Of a stretch of 64,000 nt of DNA, positions 36,301-49,700 are shown one piece after another. Position 1 is the stretch's first letter. Every line of letters begins with the position of its first letter. Source of the stretch: Hypanus sabinus (lineage: Eukaryota); contig NC_082709.1 of the NCBI RefSeq assembly GCF_030144855.1, forward strand, positions 80,476,001 to 80,540,000, in the 5' to 3' direction. The notes under the pieces are model-generated. The model ran no database searches, was not told where the DNA came from, and worked only from the letters and a program-made list of their open reading frames with translations. Made by a program: the position numbers and the translations under genes.

Positions 36301-37261
36301 TAAATAAATTAAGTTAAATATATCTTCTAACCATTGGAAGAACAATCACATTATGCTCACTGAAGGTCAGTGATGAAATCAAGAGGAATGGTTTTGCAAA
36401 CCACAACCTGTGCACTAAGTGTAGGTCAGAACATTCCCAATGCATATTCCCATTGCAAAAATGACAATTAGAGGAATAATTTTTGGGAAAACGAACGGAA
36501 CTTTAAACAATTTTCCTTTGAAAAGGGGCTGAAACCTACAACTCTCAGATTAAACTGATAACACTAGAGGATGCTGGACAGAAGAAATTGCAAAATTTCA
36601 TGTGCATGAACTTATGAGAAACAAAATTCCACCCAGGATTAATTTTAGGTAGGGAACTAAAATGATGTAAACCATAACAGAGATAAGATGCAGAATGGCA
36701 GATAGAGTACGAAGCTGTCCACTGTGCACCTTTTCCAGGAATGGATCATTGCATTACAGTAGCTGCCTGTCTTGATATGAATGGACAAGAATAGGATCAT
36801 TCAGCAAATTCACATGTCATCACTGAGTAATACTACAAAAATAAATTAATTAATTAATTAATAATACAATAAATTAATACAACATTGATATGGAGAAAGA
36901 CCCGGACATTATTCCTTCCACATCACTTGCCAAATGAAAATATGTGATTCATATAGTTATATAATAAATAGTAAAAACAGAAAATACTGCAAACATGCAC
37001 AGCTCCGACAACTGCTGAGAGGAGTGAACAACAGTTAGCGTTTCAAGTTTATGAGCATTGACTCGAGGAATTAACTCAGGTTTCTTCTGCACATGCACTG
37101 ATTATTTGCACCAGTTGGTGTTTCCATTAACATTTCTAGCATTTAGTTTAATTTATTTTTGAATGTAATATCAGTCTGTTCAGATATACTTTTCCTTGAA
37201 ATTTATTTTAAATAAATAGTCATAAATCTTGATCCCTCATGAAATTGACTCTGGAAAATCT

Positions 37262-40200
37262 TCAGTGATCTCTGCTGATTTTTGCCATAATGAGAAGGAG
37301 CTGTTTCAAATGCGTCATGGTCTCAGTGCGGGTTATCTCCCAGGCACAGTTGCTGAATCCCTAAAAGGGAGGAAAAAAAGGCAAATGTACTCAATAGTGA
37401 AAAATTAGATAATGAACAAGTATCAAGTAGATAAATCAGTGTATTGGCAGGCACATGTTTAAATATCAATGTACCTTCTGTTTCAGAAACTCTCTCAATT
37501 TCTGAAAGTATTTAAGAATTGCGGCATTCTTCCTTGGTCTGGTCTCTGAGCCTGGTTTCCGGACACACACATCCAGCTCTCTGAGCTGCCGATCCAACAG
37601 AAGCCGAAGGAGTTCCACTGAGCTCTGGACCCAGCTGACTGAGCTCAGGTTCATACTGTAGATCCTGCGGAGGTGATGCAGGGTCTGATGGACAATCTGG
37701 ATCCTTTCCTGGGCCTGTGCAAAACACACATGGGGACATTAGTAGGGCCGTGGTCTCACAAACGTTTAGAATTAGAACAGAGTGTTTATGAGTCTTAGTA
37801 CAAGACAAAATCAAACATCAACTTAAAATATACAGACCGCAAATGGAGGGCAACTAACAACTGTGAATTGAAGGCCACATCATTGGCAGTTTCCGTCTAC
37901 AGCTAGAGATTTCAACAGGGAATGAGCAATGAACCACACGGATGAAGAACAAGATGCTTGACTGAATGAGGGAATGGCATCGATGCCACAGGATGCTACT
38001 TACACAGAGACAAGAGTCTGCTCTCCGTTCACCAGAAATAGCGAGGGGGAGATTTTATAGAAATCGACAATCTCACAAAGAGGGGAATCAAGGAGGCGAA
38101 ACAGACAGTCGTCCGAATGGGTTGTTACAAAGATTAAACAGTAATTTATAAAGACAGTGGCATAAACAGTTGCATGTTAACTTTGCAAACACGAGGAAAG
38201 CTGCAGATGCTGGAAATTCAAGCAATACACAAAAAATGCTGGTAGAACACAGCAGGCCAGGCAGCATCTATAGGGAGGAGCACTGTCGACGTTTCGGGCC
38301 GAGACCCTTTGTCAGGACCAACTGAAAGGAAAGATAGTAAGAGATTTGAAAGTGGGAGGGGGAGGGGGAGATCCGAAATGAGTAGAAGTCCAGAGGGGGT
38401 GGGGTGAAGCTAAGAGCTGGAAAGGTGATTGGCAAAAGGGATACAGGGCTGGAGAAGGGAAAGGATCATGGGACGGGAGGCCCAGGCAGAAAGAAAGGGG
38501 GAGGGGGGGAGCACCAGAGGGAGATGGTGAACAGGCAAAGAGTGATGGGCAGAGCCAGAAAGAAAGAGGGGGGAATAAATAAATCAAGGATGGTGTAAGA
38601 AAGGGAGGAGGGGCATTAACGGAAGTTAGAGAAATCAATGTTCATGCCATCAGGTTGGAGGCTACCCAGCTGGTATATAATGTGTTGTTCCTCCAACCTG
38701 AGTTTGGCTTCATTTTGACAATAGACGAGGTCATGGGTAGATTTATCAGAATGGGAATGGGACATGGAATTAAAATGTGTGGCCACAGGGAGATGCTGCT
38801 TACTCTGCACCTACACACCTATGCTCTGTCCACCAGAGAAAGCAGGATCTCCCAGTAGCCACACATTTTAGGTGAACTGGTTAGGGGAATCGATGACAGG
38901 TGACTATGGGAATGGGAACTTTTTAGGGGTGTCTTGTAATGTGAGCTGAGGTGTCCTATGTCTGCACCCTGTGGTACCTGATGCCCAATGGCCATCACAC
39001 ATTTTTAAGATAAGCAGATCATAGGCATCTTCTACACTTCAAAACTTGAGTAGAGGCAAATAAAAGTCACAGAAAAAAAGGTGCTGGGGTCCTCTCAGTC
39101 CATACCACCCATCAAGCAGCCACCTAAAGAAATCTCTTTCAGAGTGATTGGGGCAGTGGTAGTAGAAGGGAGATGCAGCCTGGAGAGAAACTGTGAGGAA
39201 GGAGAGGCAGTGGAACAGCATAAAGGCAGTCAGTTATATGGTGTGAAATATGCCTATTTTAGTACAAGTAATGTCAGGAACAAGGGTGATGAAGTTAGAG
39301 CATAGGTCAGTACATGGAAGTTCAATGTTGTGGCCATTACAGAGACTTGCCTGTCAGAAGGGCAAGAATTTTCTGTTGCATTTTCTGGGGTTTAGATTTT
39401 TCAAAAGGGACAGGGAGAGAGGGGAAATGGTGGGGGAGTGGGATTGCTAATCTGGGATGGTATCGCAAGGCATCCTTGAGGGATCGTCTACTGAGTCAGT
39501 GTTGATGGAAGTCAGAAACAGCAAGGGAGCAGTCACTCTATTGAATGTTTTCTGTCCATCCCCCTACAGTATCCGAGACACTGAGCTGCAGATTGGGAGG
39601 CAGATTTTGGAAAGATACAGGGTTGTGGTCATGGGTGACTTCAAGTTCTCTAATATTGATTGTCAGCTCCTCAGTGCAAAAAGTTTAGATGGGACAGAAC
39701 ACGTTAGGTGTGTACTGGAAGGATTCCTGACACAGTGTGCAGACAGGCCAACTAGAGGAGAGGTCACATTAAGACTGGTTCTAGCCAATGAATGTGGTCA
39801 GGTGACATATCTTTTTTAGATGAGCATTTTGGAGACAGTGACTACAACTCCCACATCTTTACCATAGCCTTTTAGAAGGATAGGAGCAAACAGTATGATA
39901 AATTATTTAATTGGAGGCAGGTGAATTATGATGCTATTAGATAGGAACGAGAGCATAAATTGGGAACAGATGCACTCAGAGAAATGCACCATGGAAATGT
40001 GAAGGCTGTAGTACTTGCATGTGATTCTGGATAGGTTTACCCTATAAAGGCAAGGAAAGGATGGTAGGGTGAAGGAATCACGGTTGACAAGAGAAGTGGA
40101 ACACCTAGTTTAGAGGAAGAAAGAAACATACCTAACATTTAGTAAGACAAGATCAGACTCTTGAGAGTTACAAGGTAGGCTATAACACATAGGAGCATAA

Positions 40201-42475
40201 TTAGACCATTTGGCCCATCTAGTGTAGCAGACGGAACATATTCTGTCTTGAAGTCTTCTCGCTCGTGGTGTTTGCAAAATTCTGTCCTGAGACCCTTCTC
40301 TTTGTAATATTTTTTAAAATGACTTAGGTCAGGAAGCGGAAATGAGAGTTAGTAAATTTGCAGATAACACAAAGTTTGATGGTGTTTAGTAGAATAGAGA
40401 ATTGATTTGGGTTACAATTGAACATTCATGGAATGCAGAGCTGGGCTGGAAAATGGCAGATGGTGTTCAATTTAGAAAAGTATCAAGTTTTTCTCTTTGG
40501 AAGGTCAAAATTGAAGGCAGAATATACAGAGTTAATGGCAGGGATCTTAAGTGGAGGAAAAGAGGGATCTTGAAGTCCATGTCCATGGATCCCTTAAAGT
40601 TGCTGTGGAAGTTGACAGGATGATTAAGAAGACATATGGAGTTACTCATAGGATTGAGTGTAAGAGCTGTTAGGTAATGTTGCAGTTCTATGTTCTATGT
40701 TTCTATAACTCTTCTATAAAACTCTGGTTAGACCACACTTGGAGTATTGTGCTCAGTTTTGTTCACTTCAATATAGGAAGTACATGGCTTTACAGAGGGT
40801 GCAGAGGAGACTTACCATGATGCTGATCAGATTAGAGGACATGTGTCATGAGGATAAATTGGGTTTTTCTCTTTGGAGAGAAGGAAAATGAGAGGTGACT
40901 TGATTGAGGTGTACAAGATGATAACAGGCAAAGGTAGAGTGGGCAACAGAGACTTTTTCCCAGGATGAAAATGGCTAATACAAGGAGCATAACTTTCAGG
41001 CGTTTGGAGGAATGTATGGGCAGGCAGTGTCAGAGGTAGGTCTTTTACACAGAGAACAGTGGATGCATAGAACGTCTTGCCAGGGTGGTGGTCGAGGCAA
41101 ATACATTTGGGACATTATTGGGACTCTTAGATAGACATATGCAAGAAAGGAACACGGAGGACTATGAGGGAGGGATGGGTTAGAATGATATTAGAATAGA
41201 CATTGTGCATGTACTGTGCTGCATTGTTCTCATGCTCATTCACCATTAGCTGCTCAGTATCTTTGGCAATTGAAGCAATCATATACTCCTTAAATGTTGT
41301 GAAAATTTTTGCCCTCAATATCTTCACAGACGCTGGGTTCCAAATTTCAAGCATACCCTGGAGGAACATTTTTCTAATGTCCCATCCAAACCTCTTACTT
41401 TTTTGACTTAAATCAATGTAGACACCTCAGCTGTGGGGAAAAATAATGCAATACATTCTAATTCCACCACACATAATTTGATGCACCTCTATTCCCCCCC
41501 CCCCCCACACACACACACACACAGAACCTTCGTCTCCTTGATCCCAGTGGGCCAACTAAGCTGAACAATCATTTAACCAGGTTGGAGGGGGCACTTAATC
41601 TTGGGTGTCAGATTATTAGGATGGTGCAGTTGATTTCATCACCCGTGGTGGACACCGTTTTTCTGTTGATTCGAGGAGATTTTGAGGGGATAAGAAGATT
41701 TACAGCAGATGGTCAGAAGGAATAAATGCAGTGGGTAGTTGAAACGATCAGACAGCCTGATCAGGGGGCGCAGGGAGAAGGAGTGAGAGTAACAAGCAGA
41801 AGGTCGCAGAGAGCGGCATGTTTAGTGTTAGAGCATGTGAGATGAGGAGAGGGTGTTAGATACACAGTGTGGGCCACCAGTGAGTGGGACACAGGAGGAG
41901 ATCGACAGGGTGTGAAGGCTGCAGTCAGATATATTCCCTTTGAATGTTTTCCTTAGGATCCGAGCTGGAGTGACAGAAAATGCCAATGACATGGAGAGAA
42001 AGCATTGACATTCTGTAATAGTTTATTCACCTGTTCAATTTCAAGTCAGATTCTTAGCATCACACAAATATCTCGAATAATTTACGTTAAAGTAAAATGC
42101 AGAGATTACTCACAGGAACCTCCGCCGAAAGTTTCACCAGCTCCAAGGGCTTGGTTTTCAACGACAGCCTCTCAGTCACACAGTGTCGAGGGAGGCGGCC
42201 ACCCTGAGACAGAAGATATCAACGTTACTGACAATCCCCACACACAGAAACACCGGACAACAGACTCTTTGAAATCACCTGATTGGTAACAGCAAACAGC
42301 CGGGGACTGTCAGGACCGGTCTCTGGGAGCGGGTTCAACTCACCATTTCATTCAGCTCGCCCAGAGTCTCTCTGTTGAGAACTTGCAGTAACTGTAACCT
42401 CTCACAGCCCAGGGTCAGGGTCACGGTCAACAACAGCCACACACTGCAAACTCTCCAAACACGGCCCAATGCCAT
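37262..42475 (-). CDS. IFN: Type I interferon, copy E (complete, 186 aa). Exons 42475-42344, 42203-42114, 37714-37475, 37360-37262
   Basis: Same structure with intact splice sites. Variants R90, A139, S183. Confidence 0.92.
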
Positions 42476-42659
42476 CTTCACCCGACACTGAATACAGCAC
42501 CGATCTGAGACCAGAATCAGCTCCGAAAACGGGTCTTGTTCGCCGAATGGAACTCTCGATATGGAAATGCCACGGCTTGTGATCCGGGAGCGAACGCTGG
42601 TGCTGCCGAGACCCGTGTCTGGGGATCCTGTTCTGAGCTCTCTCTGCCATGCTGCCGGA

Positions 42660-42804
42660 TTTTATAGGTGAAAATCCGAAAATAGGTTTCATTCGAAAAG
42701 TGAAATGACCGGGATATTTGGGAGCCTGTCGGGAGAGAGCGGTCTCCGCTCTGAAGTAAGGAATCTGAAAGCTGGAGAGTCCAGCTGCAGCGACGGGAAA
42801 ATCC
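42660..42804 (-). promoter_or_regulatory. IFN proximal promoter, copy E
   Basis: Same TATA, IRF and kB-like motifs. Confidence 0.7.
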
Positions 42805-45800
42805 GCCAGCGGGGAGAGCAACAGCGCTCAGGCTCTTGGTGCGTTCGTTCAGTTCGGGGGTCCAAGGTGTTGTGGAGGGTGGGTCGAGTTTGGCAAGGGA
42901 CGTGCTGGGGTGAGGACGAGACTGTGTCGGTGCATCCGTCGGGGCTGCATGTTATCAGGGTTACCGTAACACTGCATCTTTCAGCGCTGATCTTCTCTGT
43001 TACATCCAACTGCAGTGGTGCCATATCGCAGGGTGGTCAGTGCAGAGCGCCCGGGCCACGTCCTTCTGCTGGCGACTGTGCTCGCTATGAAGATGGTATG
43101 GTGTCTGGGTTCTTTACAGAAGACACTTCGGCGTTTCTTTCGTCTCCGGATCGCAAGGCGATTCCGATGCCTGCTCTCTCTGCGGGATAGTCTCCAGCTC
43201 AGCTTGCCGCTGGGAAGTGGCTGCGCGGCAAATTCACCCGAAACGAAAGCGTCCCAGGGTAAAAGTGACGGTTCGTCCTTTCCGAAAGTGGGCGTGTTTA
43301 TCAACAGGAGTGGAACGCCAATAAAACTGCAGAAGCCATGACATCTACTTCCTGATTAAGTGCTGGAGTCCTCGGAGCAGGGGGTTCTCTCTCATTCCTA
43401 TGGTTTTCGTCACTATCTAGCGCGGGAGTTCTCTGATATTACACTGGTTGAAGTATACATTCCCACCCCAGGCAGATGTCAAATTAACACCGGAGGGATT
43501 CAGCTCCGTGATTAACTGGCCTCCCCAATGCCCTCCTCAGTATCGAAGGGCACTTCAACCAGTTTAGCGTGAAGGAGCCTCTACCGAACTACTGCCAGCA
43601 TGCACCGGGAACATCCAAGGACTCAACACACTCGACCACTGCGGGATGCAACAGTAAAGACACGCGCCAGACCAGCATCCCTATTTTCTTAGTTGAAGGC
43701 GATTCAAAATGTCATCGAATACTCTGCCAAACTTCTGCAGATGTACAGTAGAAAGCGTTCTGGCGGGTTGCATCGTGGATTGGTGTGGAAACTCAATGCA
43801 CAGGAATTCAAGAGGCTGCAGAGTGTAGTACACTCGTCCAGTTTCCTCACTCTCCACACCATAAATGACATCGGCAGGAGACAGTGCCCCAGGAAAGCAA
43901 CATCCATTATAAACGTTCCCACGAGGCAGAAACTAGAGGGGCCAGAAGACTCACATCTCAAAGCTCTTCAGCAGCTTCTTCCCCACCGTCTCGGGGTCCT
44001 GTTCCGACCTGAAATACCCTAACACGACCCTGGATTAACTTGCACAACTTACTTGTGTAGTTATGTCTACTTTTCTTATTTCGTAACTTGTGTATAATTT
44101 ATGTTCCTGTAAGTTTACAGAACATAGAACAGTACAGCACAGGAACAGGCCCTTCGGCCCACAATGTTGTATCGAGGCAGCTTAAAAATAATTTAAAAAC
44201 GAATCCCTCCTACCTCCATCTTCCTCATATCCACGTCCATGTGCTTATCTAAACATCTCTTTAAAAGCCTCTTCTACCATACAGGCAGCACATTCCAGGC
44301 ATCTACCACTTCCTAAGTAAAAAAACTTACCTCTCGATTCCCCTTTGAACCTGCCCCGACCCACCTTCAATGCATGCCCTCTGGTATTAGATATTTCTAC
44401 CCTGGGAGAAAAAAGATACTCCCTGTCTACTCTACCTATGCATCTCATCATCATATAACCATATAACAATCACAGCACGGAAACAGGCCATCCTGGCCCT
44501 TCTAGTCTGTGCCGAACGCTTACTCTCACCCAGTCCCACTGGCCCGCACTCAGCCCATTACCCTCCATTCCTTTCCTGTCCATATACCTATCCAACTTTA
44601 CTTTAAATGACAATACCGAACCTGCCTCTACCACTTCTACTGGAAGCTCATTCCACACAGTTACCACTCTCTGAGTAAAGAATATAAACCACTATCAGCT
44701 CTCCCTCCCAGCCTATGCTGCTCCAAAGCAAACAACCCAAGTTTGTTCAGCCTCTCGTGACAGCACATGCCCTCTAAACCAGGCAACATCCTGGTAAACC
44801 TCTTCTGCACCCTCTCGAAATCTTCAACATCCTTCCTATAGTGGAGCGACAAGAACTATATGCAAACCACCAGAGGTGGCCTAACAAGAGTCGATAAAGT
44901 TGCAACGTAACCTCTTGACCTTTGAACTCAATGCCACGACTGATAAAAACAAGTACTGTATCCCATAAGCCTTCTTAACCACCTTATCGACCTGTGTCCC
45001 ATTCTTGCCTGCACTACCTTGGAGGTCCTTCTCCTCAGCCTCTTTCCTAACTCTATATACTCACTGTACAGGACTTTGTTTTTGTAAATTACGTTTGCTA
45101 ACTTCTGTTAGTAATGTTTATAATATGCTGTGCTGTTCTTGCAAACAAAAAGCTAATTTTCATGGCATTTATAACGTGAGCACTGATGCTTCTGACAATA
45201 AACTTAAATTTAGAATTTATGATCCTGGATTCTAAAAGCACGTCTGTTCTCAATCCCAGTCCCATTCTGACCTAACTGCAGCCTCCTCCACTGCCACAGT
45301 GAGCCCGATATTAGCAAGAAGAGCCGTACGTTACCCTCCCTGACAGTGCTACTGCATGTGGCTTCTGCTTTTACAAAATGGGCCTGTGTTACACGTTCAC
45401 TTCGGATTCAACACTTCCTCATTCGAAGGGAGAATATGAGGATGAAAACCAAGAACGTAAATCCAAGTATCATACAGGGAAGATAAAAATCAAGTCAAAT
45501 CACTGTGAAGTGTACTCATATGCTGAGTGTGACATTGCAGGGGATAGAATAAAGCGGGGGAAGTACCTTTAACAAGATGTGAGAAGACGAAATGTTATAT
45601 TCTGTGAGGAGGATCAGCGTGCACAAAATTTGTATTCCAAAAATGTGAAATATTCAGAATAATTAACATGTAGAAACATCTTCAATGATTTTTTTATTAA
45701 ATGTAGAAATATATTATCCATTGCAATTCTCACAATAATAATAAATTAAAAGTTTTGAGATACATGTACATACTTTTAAAAATGATCAGAATAAATACAG

Positions 45801-46760
45801 TATAAATAAATTAAGTTAAATATATCTTCTAACCATTGGAAGAACAATCACATTATGCTCACTGAAGGTCAGTGATGAAATCAAGAGGAATGGTTTTGCA
45901 AACCACAACCTGTGCACTAAGTGTAGGTCAGAACATTCCCAATGCATATTCCCATTGCAAAAATGACAATTAGAGGAATAATTTTTGGGAAAACGAACGG
46001 AACTTTAAACAATTTTCCTTTGAAAAGGGGCTGAAACCTACAACTCTCAGATTAAACTGATAACACTAGAGGATGCTGGACAGAAGAAATTGCAAAATTT
46101 CATGTGCATGAACTTATGAGAAACAAAATTCCACCCAGGATTAATTTTAGGTAGGGAACTAAAATGATGTAAACCATAACAGAGATAAGATGCAGAATGG
46201 CAGATAGAGTACGAAGCTGTCCACTGTGCACCTTTTCCAGGAATGGATCATTGCATTACAGTAGCTGCCTGTCTTGATATGAATGGACAAGAATAGGATC
46301 ATTCGGCAAATTCACATGTCATCACTGAGTAATACTACAAAAATAAATTAATAAATAAATAATACAATAAATTAATACAACACTGGATATGGAGAAAGAC
46401 CCGGACATTATTCCTTCCACATCACTTGCCAAATGAAAATGTGTGATTCATATAGTTATATAATAAATAGTAAAAACAGAAAATACTGCAAACATGCACA
46501 GCTCAGACAACTGCTGAGAGGAGTGAACAACAGTTAGTGTTTCAAGTTTATGAGCATTGACTCGAGGAATTAACTCAGGTTTCTTCTGCACATGCACTGA
46601 TTATTTGCACCAGTTGGCGTTTCCATTAACATTTCTAGCATTTAGTTTAATTTATTTTTGAATGTAATATCAGTCTGTTCAGATATACTTTTCCTTGAAA
46701 TTTATTTTAAATAAATAGTCATAAATCTTGATCCCTCATGAAATTGACTCTGGAAAATCT

Positions 46761-49700
46761 TCAGTGATCTCTGTTGATTTTTGCCATAATGAGAAGGAGC
46801 TGTTTCAAATGCGTCATGGTCTCAGTGCGGGTTATCTCCCAGGCACAGTTGCTGAATCCCTAAAAGGGAGGAAAAAAAGGCAAATGTACTCAATAGTGAA
46901 AAATTAGATAATGAACAAGTATCAAGTAGATAAATCAGTGTATTGGCAGGCACATGTTTAAATATCAATGTACCTTCTGTTTCAGAAACTCTCTCAATTT
47001 CTGAAAGTATTTAAGAATTGCGGCATTCTTCCTTGGTCTGGTCTCTGAGCCTGGTTTCCGGACACACACATCCAGCTCTCTGAGCTGCCGATCCAACAGA
47101 AGCCGAAGGAGTTCCACTGAGCTCTGGACCCAGCTGACTGAGCTCAGGTTCATACTGTAGATCCTGCGGAGGTGATGCAGGGTCTGATGGACAATCTGGA
47201 TCCTTTCCTGGGCCTGTGCAAAACACACATGGGGACATTAGTAGGGCCGTGGTCTCACAAACGTTTAGAATTAGAACAGAGTGTTTATGAGTCTTAGTAC
47301 AAGACAAAATCAAACATCAACTTAAAATATACAGACCGCAAATGGAGGGCTACTAACAACTGTGAATTGAAGGCCACATCATTGGCAGTTTCCGTCTACA
47401 GCTAGAGATTTCAACAGGGAATGAGCAATGAACCACCCGGATGAAGAACAAGACGCTTGACTGAATGAGGGAATGGCATCGATGCCACAGGATGCTACTT
47501 ACACAGAGACAAGAGTCTGCTCTCCTTTCACCAGAAATAGCGAGGGGGAGATTTTATAGACATCGACAATCTCACAAAGAGGGGAATCAAGGAGGCGAAA
47601 CAGACAGTCTTCCGAATGGGTTGTTAAAAAGATTAAACAGTAATTTATAAAGACAGTGGCATAAACAGTTGCATGTTAACTTTGCAAACACGAGGAAAGC
47701 TGCAGATGCTGGAAATTCAAGCAACACACAAAAAATGCTGGTAGAACACAGCAGGCCAGGCAGCATCTATAGGGAGGAGCACTGTCGACGTTTCGGGCCG
47801 AGACCCTTTGTCAGGACTAACTGAAAGGAAAGATAGTAAGAGATTTGAAAGTGGGAGGGGGAGGGGGAGATCCGAAATGATAGTAGAAGTCCAGAGGGGG
47901 TGGGGTGAAGCTAAGAGCTGGAAAGGTGATTGGCAAAAGGGATACAGGGCTGGAGAAGGGAAAGGATCATGGGACGGGAGGCCTAGGCAGAAAGAAAGGG
48001 GGAGGGGGGGAGCACCAGAGGGAGATGGTGAACAGGCAAAGAGTGATGGGCAGAGCCAGAAAGAAAGAGGGGGGAATAAATAAATCAAGGATGGTGTAAG
48101 AAAGGGAGGAGGGGCATTAACGGAAGTTAGAGAAATCAATGTTCATGCCATCAGGTTGGAGGCTACCCAGCTGGTATATAATGTGTTGTTCCTCCAACCT
48201 GAGTTTGGCTTCATTTTGACAATAGACGAGGTCATGGGTAGATTTATCAGAATGGGAATGGGACATGGAATTAAAATGTGTGGCCACAGGGAGATGCTGC
48301 TTACTCTGCACCTACACACCTATGCTCTGTCCACCAGAGAAAGCAGGATCTCCCAGTAGCCACACATTTTAGGTGAACTGGTTAGGGGAATCGATGACAG
48401 GTGACTATGGGAATGGGAACTTTTTAGGGGTGTCTTGTAATGTGAGCTGAGGTGTCCCATGTCTGCACCCTGTGGTACCTGATGCCCAATGGCCATCACA
48501 CATTTTTAAGATAAGCAGATCATAGGCATCTTCTACACTTCAAAACTTGAGTAGAGGCAAATAAAAGTCACAGAAAAAAAGGTGCTGGGGTCTTCTCAGT
48601 CCATACCACCCATCAAGCAGCCACCTAAAGAAATCTCTTTCAGAGTGATTGGGGCAGTGGTAGTAGAAGCGAGATGCAGCCTGGAGAGAAACTGCGAGGA
48701 AGGAGAGGCAGTGGAACAGCATAAAGGCAGTCAGTTATATGGTGTGAAATATGTCTATTTTAGTACAAGTAATGTCAGGAACAAGGGTGATGAAGTTAGA
48801 GCATAGGTCAGTACATGGAAGTTCAATGTTGTGGCCATTACAGAGACTTGCCTGTCAGAAGGGCAAGAATTTTCTGTTGCATTTTCTGGGGTTTAGATTT
48901 TTCAAAAGGGACAGGGAGAGAGGGGAAATGGTGGGGGAGTGGGATTGCTAATCTGGGATGGTATCGCAGGGCATCCTTGAGGGATCGTCTACTGAGTCAG
49001 TGTTGATGGAAGTCAGAAACAGCAAGGGAGCAGTCACTCTATTGAATGTTTTCTGTCCATCCCCCTACAGTATCCGAGATACTGAGCTGCAGATTGGGAG
49101 GCAGATTTTGGAAAGATACAGGGTTGTGGTCATGGGTGACTTCAAGTTCTCTAATATTGATTGTCAGCTCCTCAGTGCAAAAAGTTTAGATGGGACAGAA
49201 CACGTTAGGTGTGTACTGGAAGGATTCCTGACACAGTGTGCAGACAGGCCAACTAGAGGAGAGGTCACATTAAGACTGGTTCTAGCCAATGAACGTGGTC
49301 AGGTGACATATCTTTTTTAGATGAGCATTTTGGAGACAGTGACTACAACTCCCACATCTTTACCATAGCCTTTTAGAAGGATAGGAGCAAACAGTATGAT
49401 AAATTATTTAATTGGAGGCAGGTGAATTATGATGCTATTAGATAGGAACGAGAGCATAAATTGGGAACAGATGCACTCAGAGAAATGCACCATGGAAATG
49501 TGAAGGCTGTAGTACTTGCATGTGATTCTGGATAGGTTTACCCTATAAAGGCAAGGAAAGGATGGTAGGGTGAAGGAATCACGGTTGACAAGAGAAGTGG
49601 AACACCTAGTTTAGAGGAAGAAAGAAACATACCTAACATTTAGTAAGACAAGATCAGACTCTTGAGAGTTACAAGGTAGGCTATAACACATAGGAGCATA

